From contig DJCU01000042.1 in assembly GCA_002430725.1 (NCBI GenBank), forward strand, positions 1 through 61,332: a DNA stretch of 61,332 nucleotides, in the 5' to 3' direction. The position numbers and the translations under genes were made by a program. The notes under the pieces are model-generated. The model saw only the letters and a list, made by a program, of their open reading frames with translations, searched no databases and was not told the DNA's origin. Of the stretch, positions 53,341 to 61,332 are shown one piece after another (position 1 is the first letter of the stretch; every line of letters begins with the position of its first letter). Source of the stretch: Candidatus Gottesmanbacteria bacterium UBA5942. Lineage in GTDB: Bacteria > Patescibacteriota > Microgenomatia > UBA10105 > UBA927.

Positions 53341-56147
53341 TAACTTTCAAATGACTTTTGTACATTCTCAGGTGAAATTCCTGTTGTACAAAATTGATAG
53401 TAAGTATGAGGTAGTTGCCGCGTAAGGGGGAATGTTTCCTTCTTATCGTGGCCATTTTTGTCGAGGGAACGAGGAACCTGGCTTTGCTAGGTATCTTTTG
53501 TTCTCCGCAACGCTACAAGTCGATAATGGATGCCTTGGGCTGTTGTGCCGAAGAAGGACGTAGTTGGCAGCGATATTCGTCGGGGAGGAGTCAACATCCT
53601 GCGATCCGGCGGTTTCCGAATGGGGAAACCCGCGCATTTATGCGCAGCGTACTATGAAGGCAATCGAAAGATTGAGGGTAGTAGTACTGTAGGGCACCTC
53701 CTGAACTGAAACATCTAAGTAGGGAGAGGAAAAGAAATCGAATGAGATTCCGCAAGTAGCGGCGAGCGAAAACGGAAGAGTCTAAACCATTCCGCAAGGA
53801 GTGGGGTTGTGGGGCTCCTAATATGGGAGAAACATGGATAGCAGAACGTGCCGGAATGCACGACCAGAGAGAGTGAAAGTCTCGTATGCAAAATCTATGT
53901 TTCCTCTATGGAGTTCCCAAGTACCATGGAGCACGAAGGCTTTGTGGGAAGCTGGGGGAACCATCCTCCAAGACTAAACACACAAACAGCACCGATAGTG
54001 AACGAGTACCGTGAGGGAAAGGTGAAAAGCACCCCGGAAGGGGAATGAAATAGTACCTGAAATTGTCGACTAACAAACAGCGAGAGCCGCCGTAAGGTGG
54101 GTGATCGCGTGCCTATTGAAGAATGAGCCGGTGAGTTATTTCGATGTGCGTAGCTTAACCAAGTCAACCTTGGGGAGGCGTAGGGAAACCGAGTCCGAAT
54201 AGGGCGATTTGTACATCGTAATAGACCCGAAACCGGGTGAGCTAACCATGAGCAGGGTGAGTTCCGGAGAAATCCGGAAGGAGGCCCGAACTCGTCAGAG
54301 TTACAAATCTGTGAGATGACTTGTGGTTAGGGGTAATATGCCTATCGAACCCGGAGATAGCTGGTTCTCCCTGAAATATATTTAGGTATAGCGTCTGGTG
54401 AAGTGGTACTGGGGTAGAGCACTCACAGAAACGCCAAGCGAAAGCGAGGTCTTTCTATGAAACTCCGAATACAGATACCGCTATCCAGGCAGTCAGTCAT
54501 GCGGGGCTAAGCTCGTGTGGCTAAAGGGAAACATCCCATGACTTTCGTCTAAGGCCTCTCAGTCTATGCTAAGTGGTTAATGAGGTCGCGGTTTTAAGAC
54601 ACCCAGGAAGTTGGCTTAGAAGCAGCCACCTTTTAAAGATAGCGTAACAGCTCACTGGATGAAAACTGCGGCGCAGAAAATGATCGAGGCTCAAGCATAG
54701 CGCCGAAGACAGAGATTTATTTCAGTATTTATATTGAAGTGAGTGGTAAGGGAGCGTTCTATTTGCAGTGAAGCATATGGCTTAAGCCAGTGTGGAGCGG
54801 ATAGAAGTGAGAATGCCGGCATGAGTAGCGTTAAAAGGTGAGAATCCTTTTTGCCGAATGCGCAAGGTTTCCGAAGCAACGTTCGTCGTCTTCGGGTAAG
54901 TCGGATCTAAGGCGAGGCCACTCTATGGTGGCGTAGCTCGATGTATAACGGGTTGATATTCCCGTACCGATTGTGTGTTGATTAAGACTCAAAGGGGTAA
55001 CGAAGGGGAATAGGTGTGCCGGCTGAAATGCCGCTAAGTTCCAAAGTAGTGAGAATTGGTAAATCCGTTTTCATGTTTAACTAAAGGAACGATGGGGAGT
55101 CCAAGGAGCAATCTGCGGGCAACGTACATAGTTTCGCTTCCAAGAAAAGCCTCGTTGAGGAACACATAGTCGTCCGTACCGCAAACCGACACTGGTGCGC
55201 TGGTGTTAGAGTACCAAGGCAAGCGAGTGAGAGTAGTTCAAGGAACTCGGCAACAAAAGCTGGGCGTAACTTTTTGGAGATGCCCTACCCGGATCGTATC
55301 CGGGTCACAGTAAATGATGCTATGCAACTGTTTAACTAAAACACAGGTCTCTGCGAAGCCGAAAGGCAACGTATAGGGGCTGACACCTGCCCAGTGCCGG
55401 TAAGTTAAAAATGGTTGGTGACCTTCGCAAGTTGGAAGCTAGCTTTTTAAGCTCCGGTGAACGGCAGCAGTAACTATAACTGTTCTATGGTAGCGAAATT
55501 CCTTGTCGGGCAAGTTCCGACCCGCACGAAAGGTAGAATGACATAGCAACTGTCTTGAACTATAACTCGGCGAAATTGAAATGGCTGTGAAGATGCGGCC
55601 TACCCACACTTGGACAAAAAGACCCCGTGAAGCTTTACTGTAATTTGGCACTGAAGACATTATTTTGACTGTCGAGCATAGGAGGGAGCCTTCGGGCAAC
55701 AGTGGAATACCTCTCTTCGAAATGATGAAATCTTACTTATTCCAGCATAAAAATCCTGGAACAGAACACTGTCAGATGGGCAGTTTAACTGGGGAGGTTG
55801 CCTCCAAAAATGTAACGGAGGCGTACAAAGGTTGGCTAACCCTGAATGGAAACCAGGGCGTGTCGTGCAATCGCGGCAAGCCAGCTTAACTGCGAGACGT
55901 ACAGGTCGAGCAGATACGAAAGTAGGTGATAGTGATCCTCGCATCCCTCGTGGGAGGGAGCGGGCTTAACGGATAAAAGCTACTCCGGGGATAACAGGCT
56001 GATCGCTTCCGAGCGTCCACAGCGACGAGGCGGTTTGGCACCTCGATGTCGGCTCATCCTATCCTGGGGGTGGAGAAGCTCCCAAGGGTCCGGCTGTTCG
56101 CCGGTTAAAAGGGTACGCGAGCTGGGTTCAGAACGTCGTAAGACAGT

Positions 56148-56565
56148 AGACCGTGATGAGATAGACTCCATCACAAAGAGCTGTCGGTTTTCCGATGTTT
56201 TATTACGAACCCCATTGAGAATAATAAAAACTGTTATAAAAAACGAAAACACCCCGCCATCATTATATTTATGATGTCGGCGGGGGAAATCTGACTATTT
56301 GCTGGAAACTCTGAGTATCCGGTGGTACTCCGATCATATCGGAGTAATAATCCATCCGGTGCAGACAATCAGCAGGGAAGGCTTTTTTCCACAAAATGTG
56401 GAGGAGAGAACCCTCAGAGACTACATGTCAGACGGAGATAACTATTAACTTTTGACTATTAACAATTAACCAGATAATTCTGGTTAAAAGTTAACTGTTC
56501 ATTGTTAACTGTTGTCATCGAAGATATAGTCCGAACTGCATAGCGATATGCAGGTAACACAATTG
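56148..56565 (+). mobile_element. ORF-less group I intron in 23S domain V
   Basis: The exon reads GAACGTCGTAAGACAGT | intron | TCGGTCTCTATCC, versus the continuous E. coli GACAGTTCGGTC. The intron ends in G. The guide GCUGUC (56180..56185) pairs with GACAGU via a G-U wobble. P7 is GACUA (56293)/UAGUC (56527) in the AAGAUAUAGUCC context. P9 is CUGCAUA-GCGA-UAUGCAG. Confidence 0.8.
56436..56513 (+). repeat. TTAAC-rich long imperfect palindrome inside the intron (second copy of the 48370 repeat)
   Basis: GATAACTATTAACTTTTGACTATTAACAATTAACCAGA-taat-TCTGGTTAAAAGTTAACTGTTCATTGTTAACTGTTGTC. The two arms pair over almost the whole length. Confidence 0.6.
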
Positions 56566-56994
56566 TCGGTCTCTATCCAGTGTGGGCGTTAGATTCTTGA
56601 GGGAGGCTCTCCATAGTACGAGAGGACCTGGAGGGGCGGATCCCTGGTGTGCCTGTTGTCGATCATTCGTGACGGCAGCGCAGGGTAGCTAGATCCGTTC
56701 GGGATAAGCGCTGAAAGCATCTCAAGCGCCAAGCCCATCCCAAGATGAAGAATCGTTATCAGACCCGTTGGAGATGACAACGTTAATAGGCGGAGAGTGT
56801 ACGCACCGCAAGGTGTTTAGCTTATCCGTACTAATCGGTCGATGTTGTGGGGAACAAAGGATTGTTGAGTACTTATCTTTCGGTAGGTATCAACGACCCG
56901 TTCTCCTCGGCTAAGTGACTGCGATTAGGTTGGTTCATTCTCCCTTATGTTGCAATTACCTTTATAATAAAAGACGTTTTATCTTTGAGCCTTT

Positions 56995-57106
56995 CGGTCT
57001 CTTACGCGATGTGGCACCACCCTTTCCCATTCCGAACAGGGAAGTGAAACACATTAGCGCCAACAATACTCGTTTCGCAAGGAACCTGGAAGATAGGTCG
57101 AGGCCG
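56995..57106 (+). rRNA. rrf: 5S ribosomal RNA
   Basis: CCCATTCCGAACAGGGAAGTGAAAC block. The terminal helix pairs CGGTCTC with GAGGCCG. A flanking processing stem pairs ATCTTTGAG (56981) with CTCAAAGAT (57112). Confidence 0.9.
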
Positions 57107-57166
57107 GGGGACTCAAAGATAAAACGAAAGCGTTTATTATTTCATTTGAAAGTTGTGTTAAGCCTG

Positions 57167-57193
57167 AAATCCCGCAGTAGTGCGGGATTTTTT
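57167..57193 (+). terminator. rho-independent terminator of the rRNA operon
   Basis: AAATCCCGCA-gtag-TGCGGGATTT followed by TTT. Confidence 0.7.
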
Positions 57194-57223
57194 GATGGGG
57201 TCAGAGTGAACGGAGCAGGGAGG

Positions 57224-57805
57224 TCATGGTTGCATAACGCGGCTGACGTTTAAAAATGGAATTTCTGACCGGCGGGTGGCCATCATGTACGTTGTCCACG
57301 CGCCAAGATCCGGTAAATGAGCGGAGATATTAATATTTTTACCGAGTTTCTTTACTGCTTCATCAGCAAAATATACCACTGGTTTTAATACTTCTTTTGA
57401 AAGAGTTCCTTTATATAGATTCCGCCATTCCGGTGCTAACATTGCTGTTCCAGTGAGTACATCAGGTGTAGCTTGAGTTTTATAGTCCCGTTGTGCCTCT
57501 TTACTTAGTGGCTCTCGGGGGTGGGTAATGGGGGAAGTGCCGATGACGATAAGTGTTGAACGTAATTTTGAGGCTGGCCAGTTATCCTGAGATGATGTGC
57601 TCAGAAGCGCTGTTCCGATAATTTTTTCTTTGGCAGCAGTAATTTTTTTGGATATCTCAGTAAGCGCCAGGAGCTGTTGCGCTTCGTTTTGTGTTGCATC
57701 GAAAAAAGAATTGGCACGGATGTCCGTAGCGTATAAGACGCAATCACCCTGGGCAATTTTTTCAATTGCCAATGGCTTTTCGGAAGATCGTTCTGTTTCA
57801 GTCAT
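57224..57805 (-). CDS. hypothetical protein
   Basis: 193-aa ORF. No family recognised. Confidence 0.55.
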   Translation of the reverse strand: MTETERSSEKPLAIEKIAQGDCVLYATDIRANSFFDATQNEAQQLLALTEISKKITAAKEKIIGTALLSTSSQDNWPASKLRSTLIVIGTSPITHPREPLSKEAQRDYKTQATPDVLTGTAMLAPEWRNLYKGTLSKEVLKPVVYFADEAVKKLGKNINISAHLPDLGAWTTYMMATRRSEIPFLNVSRVMQP

Positions 57806-57942
57806 GGGTTGATGCGATTATATCACCTGATTGAAGCTTTGGAATAAGGTTGTACACGAGGTGACTATGTATGCTCTCGGTTGAGTAAACCATCCTAATC
57901 GTGTATAATCTCCTCATCCTAAAAGAAAGGCGGAATTAATGA

Positions 57943-59094
57943 ATGGCAAAAACATCAGCAGACAGTAAACCACAAGCGGAGGATACAAAGGCTCCGAAAT
58001 CAAAAACTTCAAAAGGCGCCTCCAGCATGGAGGAACTCTTAAAAAGCACTGGATATCAGCTAAAAGGTCTCAAAAAAGGTGACACCGTCACCGCGACCAT
58101 CACCCGTATTTCAGCGCGCGAAATTGCGCTTGATACCGGCAGTAAGACTGAGGGTGTGGTGATGGATAAAGAGATCGAAAACTATCGCGACATGCTTTCG
58201 AAGCTTAAGGTTGGCGATACAGTTACCGCCCAAGTGATTGTTGCAGAAAACGATCGGGGACAGAGTGTCTTATCTATCCGTAAATCGTTGCTTGAAAAGC
58301 GATGGACAACACTTTCTGATGTGCAAAAGAGTGGAGAATCTGTTGACGTTGTATTGCGTGACCCGGTGCGGGGTGGGGTACTTGTCGATTACGGTGGTAT
58401 TCGCGGGTATATCCCCATGAGTCAGCTCGATGGAACAGTTGCAAAGCAGCTTGATAAATCAGCAGGACGCCGCCTCAAAGTCAAAGTGATTGAGGTAGAT
58501 CCAGCGACAAACAGGCTCGTATTTTCACAGCGCGCGATTACCGAAGAAGCGGTGCTCGCAAAGCAGAAAGAGTTACTCGATGTTATTCCGGTTGATACTA
58601 CCGTTGAGGCCTCAATTACCGGTGTTGCTCCTTTTGGCGCATTTGCCAAATTTACGGTAGAAAAAGAAGGTACGAAACATGAGATAGAAGGGCTTATTCA
58701 TATTTCTGAAATAGCCTGGGAAAAGGTTGATGATCCAAACCAATATCTCAAGGCAGGGGATACGATTAAAGTAAAGATTGCAGGGGTCGATGAGAAAAGC
58801 GGTAAAGTGACCCTATCCGTCAAGCAGCTTTTACCAGATCCATGGGAACATGTCTTGGATATGTTTGAAAAAGATAGCCAAGTCAAAGGAAAAGTTACTC
58901 GTGTAAGCCCTTATGGAATATTTGTGGAGCTTACTCCTGGAGTAGAAGGACTTATTCATATCAGTAAAGTCACCCCTGGAACTGAGCCAAAAGTTGGCGA
59001 AGAGATTACGTGTCTGGTCGAGGATGTGAAGCCAGATCAGCGCAAGATCTCGCTCTCCATGGCGCTTACAGAAAAACCCATCGGATACCGCTAA
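57943..59094 (+). CDS. rpsA: 30S ribosomal protein S1 (four S1 domains)
   Basis: Repeated S1 OB-fold units: GDTVTATI..., GESVDVVLRD..GGVLVDYGGIRGYIP, GLIHISEIAWE, VTRVSPYGIFVEL..GLIHISK. Confidence 0.9.
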   Translation: MAKTSADSKPQAEDTKAPKSKTSKGASSMEELLKSTGYQLKGLKKGDTVTATITRISAREIALDTGSKTEGVVMDKEIENYRDMLSKLKVGDTVTAQVIVAENDRGQSVLSIRKSLLEKRWTTLSDVQKSGESVDVVLRDPVRGGVLVDYGGIRGYIPMSQLDGTVAKQLDKSAGRRLKVKVIEVDPATNRLVFSQRAITEEAVLAKQKELLDVIPVDTTVEASITGVAPFGAFAKFTVEKEGTKHEIEGLIHISEIAWEKVDDPNQYLKAGDTIKVKIAGVDEKSGKVTLSVKQLLPDPWEHVLDMFEKDSQVKGKVTRVSPYGIFVELTPGVEGLIHISKVTPGTEPKVGEEITCLVEDVKPDQRKISLSMALTEKPIGYR

Positions 59095-59213
59095 TCACTT
59101 GGAGGACAAACCGGAGGTTTTTCCCCAAACCCTTATCCCAAAGCAGATGGCGCTCTGTGGTAGACATCTGTCTTTCGAGTATATTTATTTGACTATTGAG
59201 TCGGTTTATACGT

Positions 59214-59891
59214 ATGATGAACTCAATGGAAGCACCACAACCTATGGGATTTCGCGCACAAATGCGCGAGTTATTGAGCAAAGAACCGGTTTCACTCGTT
59301 GCAGTGACCGAACGAAGTCTTCCCCGATTTGAACAAGCGTTGACTGAATTAGGGCAGCAGAGTGCTGGAGAGGCAGGCATGCTTCCTATGACGGGGAATA
59401 CTGGAGAAACGCCTGCAGAGTGGCTCGCAGGGTCTAAAGGTTTATGGCTTTTTGGTGATAAACAGGCTGATTTTACGGACGTTTCCAATGTTTCTGGATT
59501 TGTAAATGTGTATGCCCCTGAGCATAACGGGTCAATCAATGATTGGCTGCTTAAAAGGGGAATGCGTGCATACGATCATGGTGCGGTGCTCGAACTGTCA
59601 TCATTTGCCAAAAACGAAGCAGCAAAAGATATGGAGGTAAGCGCCAATAAGCAGGCACTCGCCAAAGTATTTATGGATGACGCATATAAAGATGTGCGTG
59701 CAGTGACGACTTGGGTTACCCATACTTCAGACAATAAGCTTGATCCATCTGATATTGCTGCAATGAAAAAGCTTGGCGGATGGCCGCTCGGCAGCTTGAA
59801 ATATCACGCTAGCGAAACGGTTGACAGCACCGCGTTTCTTATCACTCGCCGTCAATTTATGGATGCATTAACTGGTGTAAAGCGGCAGTAA
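59214..59891 (+). CDS. hypothetical protein
   Basis: Long ORF with the first ATG at 59214 (TTG at 59196 in the ORF track). No family recognised. Confidence 0.55.
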   Translation: MMNSMEAPQPMGFRAQMRELLSKEPVSLVAVTERSLPRFEQALTELGQQSAGEAGMLPMTGNTGETPAEWLAGSKGLWLFGDKQADFTDVSNVSGFVNVYAPEHNGSINDWLLKRGMRAYDHGAVLELSSFAKNEAAKDMEVSANKQALAKVFMDDAYKDVRAVTTWVTHTSDNKLDPSDIAAMKKLGGWPLGSLKYHASETVDSTAFLITRRQFMDALTGVKRQ

Positions 59892-59928
59892 AGACGAACG
59901 GTTCTCTTCTGGTGTACAATACCTCGGT

Positions 59929-61236
59929 ATGAAGCTACGTACCTCCTATATTTGTCAGCAATGCGGCTATGAAACTCCCCAGTGGTATGGGAAATGTCCC
60001 AATTGCAACGAATGGAATACCCTTATTGAAACGGTCAAAGACGTTGCAACAAACAGTAAACAGTTAACTGTTAACAGTAGAGGAAGCGGCTTGAAGCCGA
60101 TACGTCTTTCAGATGTCAAACACATTGAAAAGAACCGTCTGAAGAGCGGATTTGAAGAATTTGATCGTGTGGTCGGTGGGGGAATTGTCCCGGGCAGTGT
60201 AACACTCCTTGCCGGTGACCCGGGAATAGGGAAATCCACATTACTTCTCCATGTATTGGGGAAGGCGGGCGGTTTGTATGTATCAGGAGAAGAGTCAGCG
60301 GAACAAGTGAAGTTGCGGGCAAAACGGCTGGGGATTGAGGGTAAAAACATATCGATATTGTCGGAAACAAATGTAGAAAACATAGTCAGTTCACTCCAAA
60401 CGCTTACAGCGAACAATTTGGTTATTGTTGATTCTATCCAGACGTTGTCGAGTTCTGAATTGGAGGGGATGGCAGGGTCAGTGGGACAAATAAGGCATAG
60501 TGCGGAGCTTTTAATCGCTGCTGCCAAAGCACAGGGAATACCCATGATTATTGTGGGTCATGTCACGAAAGAAGGAGCGATAGCAGGTCCGAAAGTATTA
60601 GAACACATGGTAGATGCAGTGTTGTATCTTGAGGGGGAGCGGTTTGCGAACGCGAGAATTTTGCGGACACTCAAAAACCGGTTCGGGGCTGTCGAAGAAG
60701 TGGGAATTTTCGAAATGGCAGGTGAAGGGCTAAAGGAAGTAGCCAATCCCTCTGCGCTATTCTTACAAGATCGAGTAAAAAATGTTTCTGGGTCAGCGGT
60801 GACAGTTATCCTTGAAGGAACTCGTCCGATGCTTGTGGAAATTCAGGCATTAGTGGTTTCTACACAACTTGCGATGCCACGGAGGGTGGCAAGCGGTGTT
60901 GATTATAACCGTTTGCAGTTGTTAGTTGCGATTTTATCCAAACGTCTCAATGTACCGCTTGGAGGATTTGACGTATTCGTCAATGTCAGCGGCGGTCTCA
61001 AGATCGCTGAGCCTGCGGCCGATCTAGCGATTGCTATGGCAATTCTTTCATCATTTAAAAATAAAGCGCTTGACCCAAAGGCGGTGGCTTTTGGAGAAGT
61101 TGGCTTATTGGGAGAGGTGCGGAGAGTAGGGAGCGAAGAGCGGCGTATAAAAGAAGCGAAGCGACTTGGGTTTCCAATAGTGTATTCACCACAGACGGTA
61201 CAGAACCTAAAACAAGGGTTTTCTTTATTGGCATAG
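59929..61236 (+). CDS. radA: DNA repair protein RadA/Sms
   Basis: N-terminal zinc finger CQQCGYETPQWYGKCPNCNEWNT, Walker A GDPGIGKST, the KNRFG motif, and a C-terminal Lon-like domain. Confidence 0.9.
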   Translation: MKLRTSYICQQCGYETPQWYGKCPNCNEWNTLIETVKDVATNSKQLTVNSRGSGLKPIRLSDVKHIEKNRLKSGFEEFDRVVGGGIVPGSVTLLAGDPGIGKSTLLLHVLGKAGGLYVSGEESAEQVKLRAKRLGIEGKNISILSETNVENIVSSLQTLTANNLVIVDSIQTLSSSELEGMAGSVGQIRHSAELLIAAAKAQGIPMIIVGHVTKEGAIAGPKVLEHMVDAVLYLEGERFANARILRTLKNRFGAVEEVGIFEMAGEGLKEVANPSALFLQDRVKNVSGSAVTVILEGTRPMLVEIQALVVSTQLAMPRRVASGVDYNRLQLLVAILSKRLNVPLGGFDVFVNVSGGLKIAEPAADLAIAMAILSSFKNKALDPKAVAFGEVGLLGEVRRVGSEERRIKEAKRLGFPIVYSPQTVQNLKQGFSLLA

Positions 61237-61332
61237 GTTTAGGGATAATGCCTTCATATATACTATTGTTCAATTTTTTAGGAGTTCTTCGGGGTGTTCT
61301 GTGAATATGATTATCTAGCTCGTATTTATGCT

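Larger units (their letters stand above)
53505..56850 (+). rRNA. rrl: 23S ribosomal RNA (interrupted by a group I intron)
   Basis: Universal blocks are present: GGATGCCTTGG, GAACTGAAACATCTAAGTA, GTAGCGGCGAGCGAA, GACCCCGTGAAGCTTTACTG, GGATAACAGGCTGAT, CTCGATGTCGGCTC, TAGTACGAGAGGACC. Helix 1 pairs CCGCAAC (53505) with GTTGTGG (56850). A flanking processing stem is also present. Confidence 0.95.

Noticed and set aside
53415-56780. About a dozen 60-110-aa ORFs on both strands (e.g. 53415..53657, 53895..54167, 55660..55944, 56035..56274).
   Set aside because: They lie entirely inside the 23S rRNA gene or its intron. They are chance reading frames in structured RNA. None has an RBS or resembles a homing endonuclease.
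60046-60080. AACAGTAAACAGTTAACTGTTAACAGTAG inside radA, which resembles the right arm of the TTAAC-rich repeat.
   Set aside because: Only about 11 nt (AGTTAACTGTT) are shared. The segment is in frame in the variable linker of RadA (KQLTVNSR), and there is no evidence of an insertion. It is noted under the repeat finding but not called as a copy.

Overview
This 61.3-kb window is gene-dense and looks like a small-genome bacterium. My inference is that it is Candidate Phyla Radiation/Patescibacteria-like. That rests on an ORF-less group I intron in the 23S gene, a tRNA-Ala-23S-5S operon with no 16S gene, archaeal-type UMP kinase, ATP-dependent ligase and EndoQ-like genes, and many lineage-specific ORFs. 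No database search was possible.

Nt 1-38,900 carry mostly housekeeping genes:
- valS behind a T-box leader, a Xer-type recombinase, and two CAU-anticodon tRNAs.
- A second T-box leader, whose UGGC bulge fits tRNA-Trp, ahead of a TrpD-like / BtpA-like / trpS operon.
- ftsH, a 5'-3' exonuclease, glycosyltransferases, pyrH, recF, Fic, ATP-dependent DNA ligase and pth.
- A copper module (csoR-cupredoxin-copA, divergent from a membrane-cupredoxin fusion and copZ) with a perfect CsoR-type palindrome.
- trxA-trxB and gdh.

Nt 38,900-52,900 are the stand-out region: 18 consecutive plus-strand genes with no function I can recognise. The cluster is built from paralogous families:
- Seven small acidic helical proteins that share one N-terminal motif.
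- A larger partner protein next to each small one, often joined by an ATGA start/stop overlap, carrying Gly/Ala-rich hydrophobic segments.
- A central tandem pair of atypical ABC ATPase fusion proteins.

I propose this is an undescribed ABC-driven export or membrane-insertion system with dedicated adaptor or chaperone proteins.

Nt 52,900-57,200 hold tRNA-Ala, 23S rRNA (418-nt group I intron in the peptidyl-transferase region) and 5S rRNA. A palindromic repeat inside the intron also occurs inside the novel cluster. The window ends with rpsA, a hypothetical gene and radA. No CRISPR array, transposase or prophage was seen.
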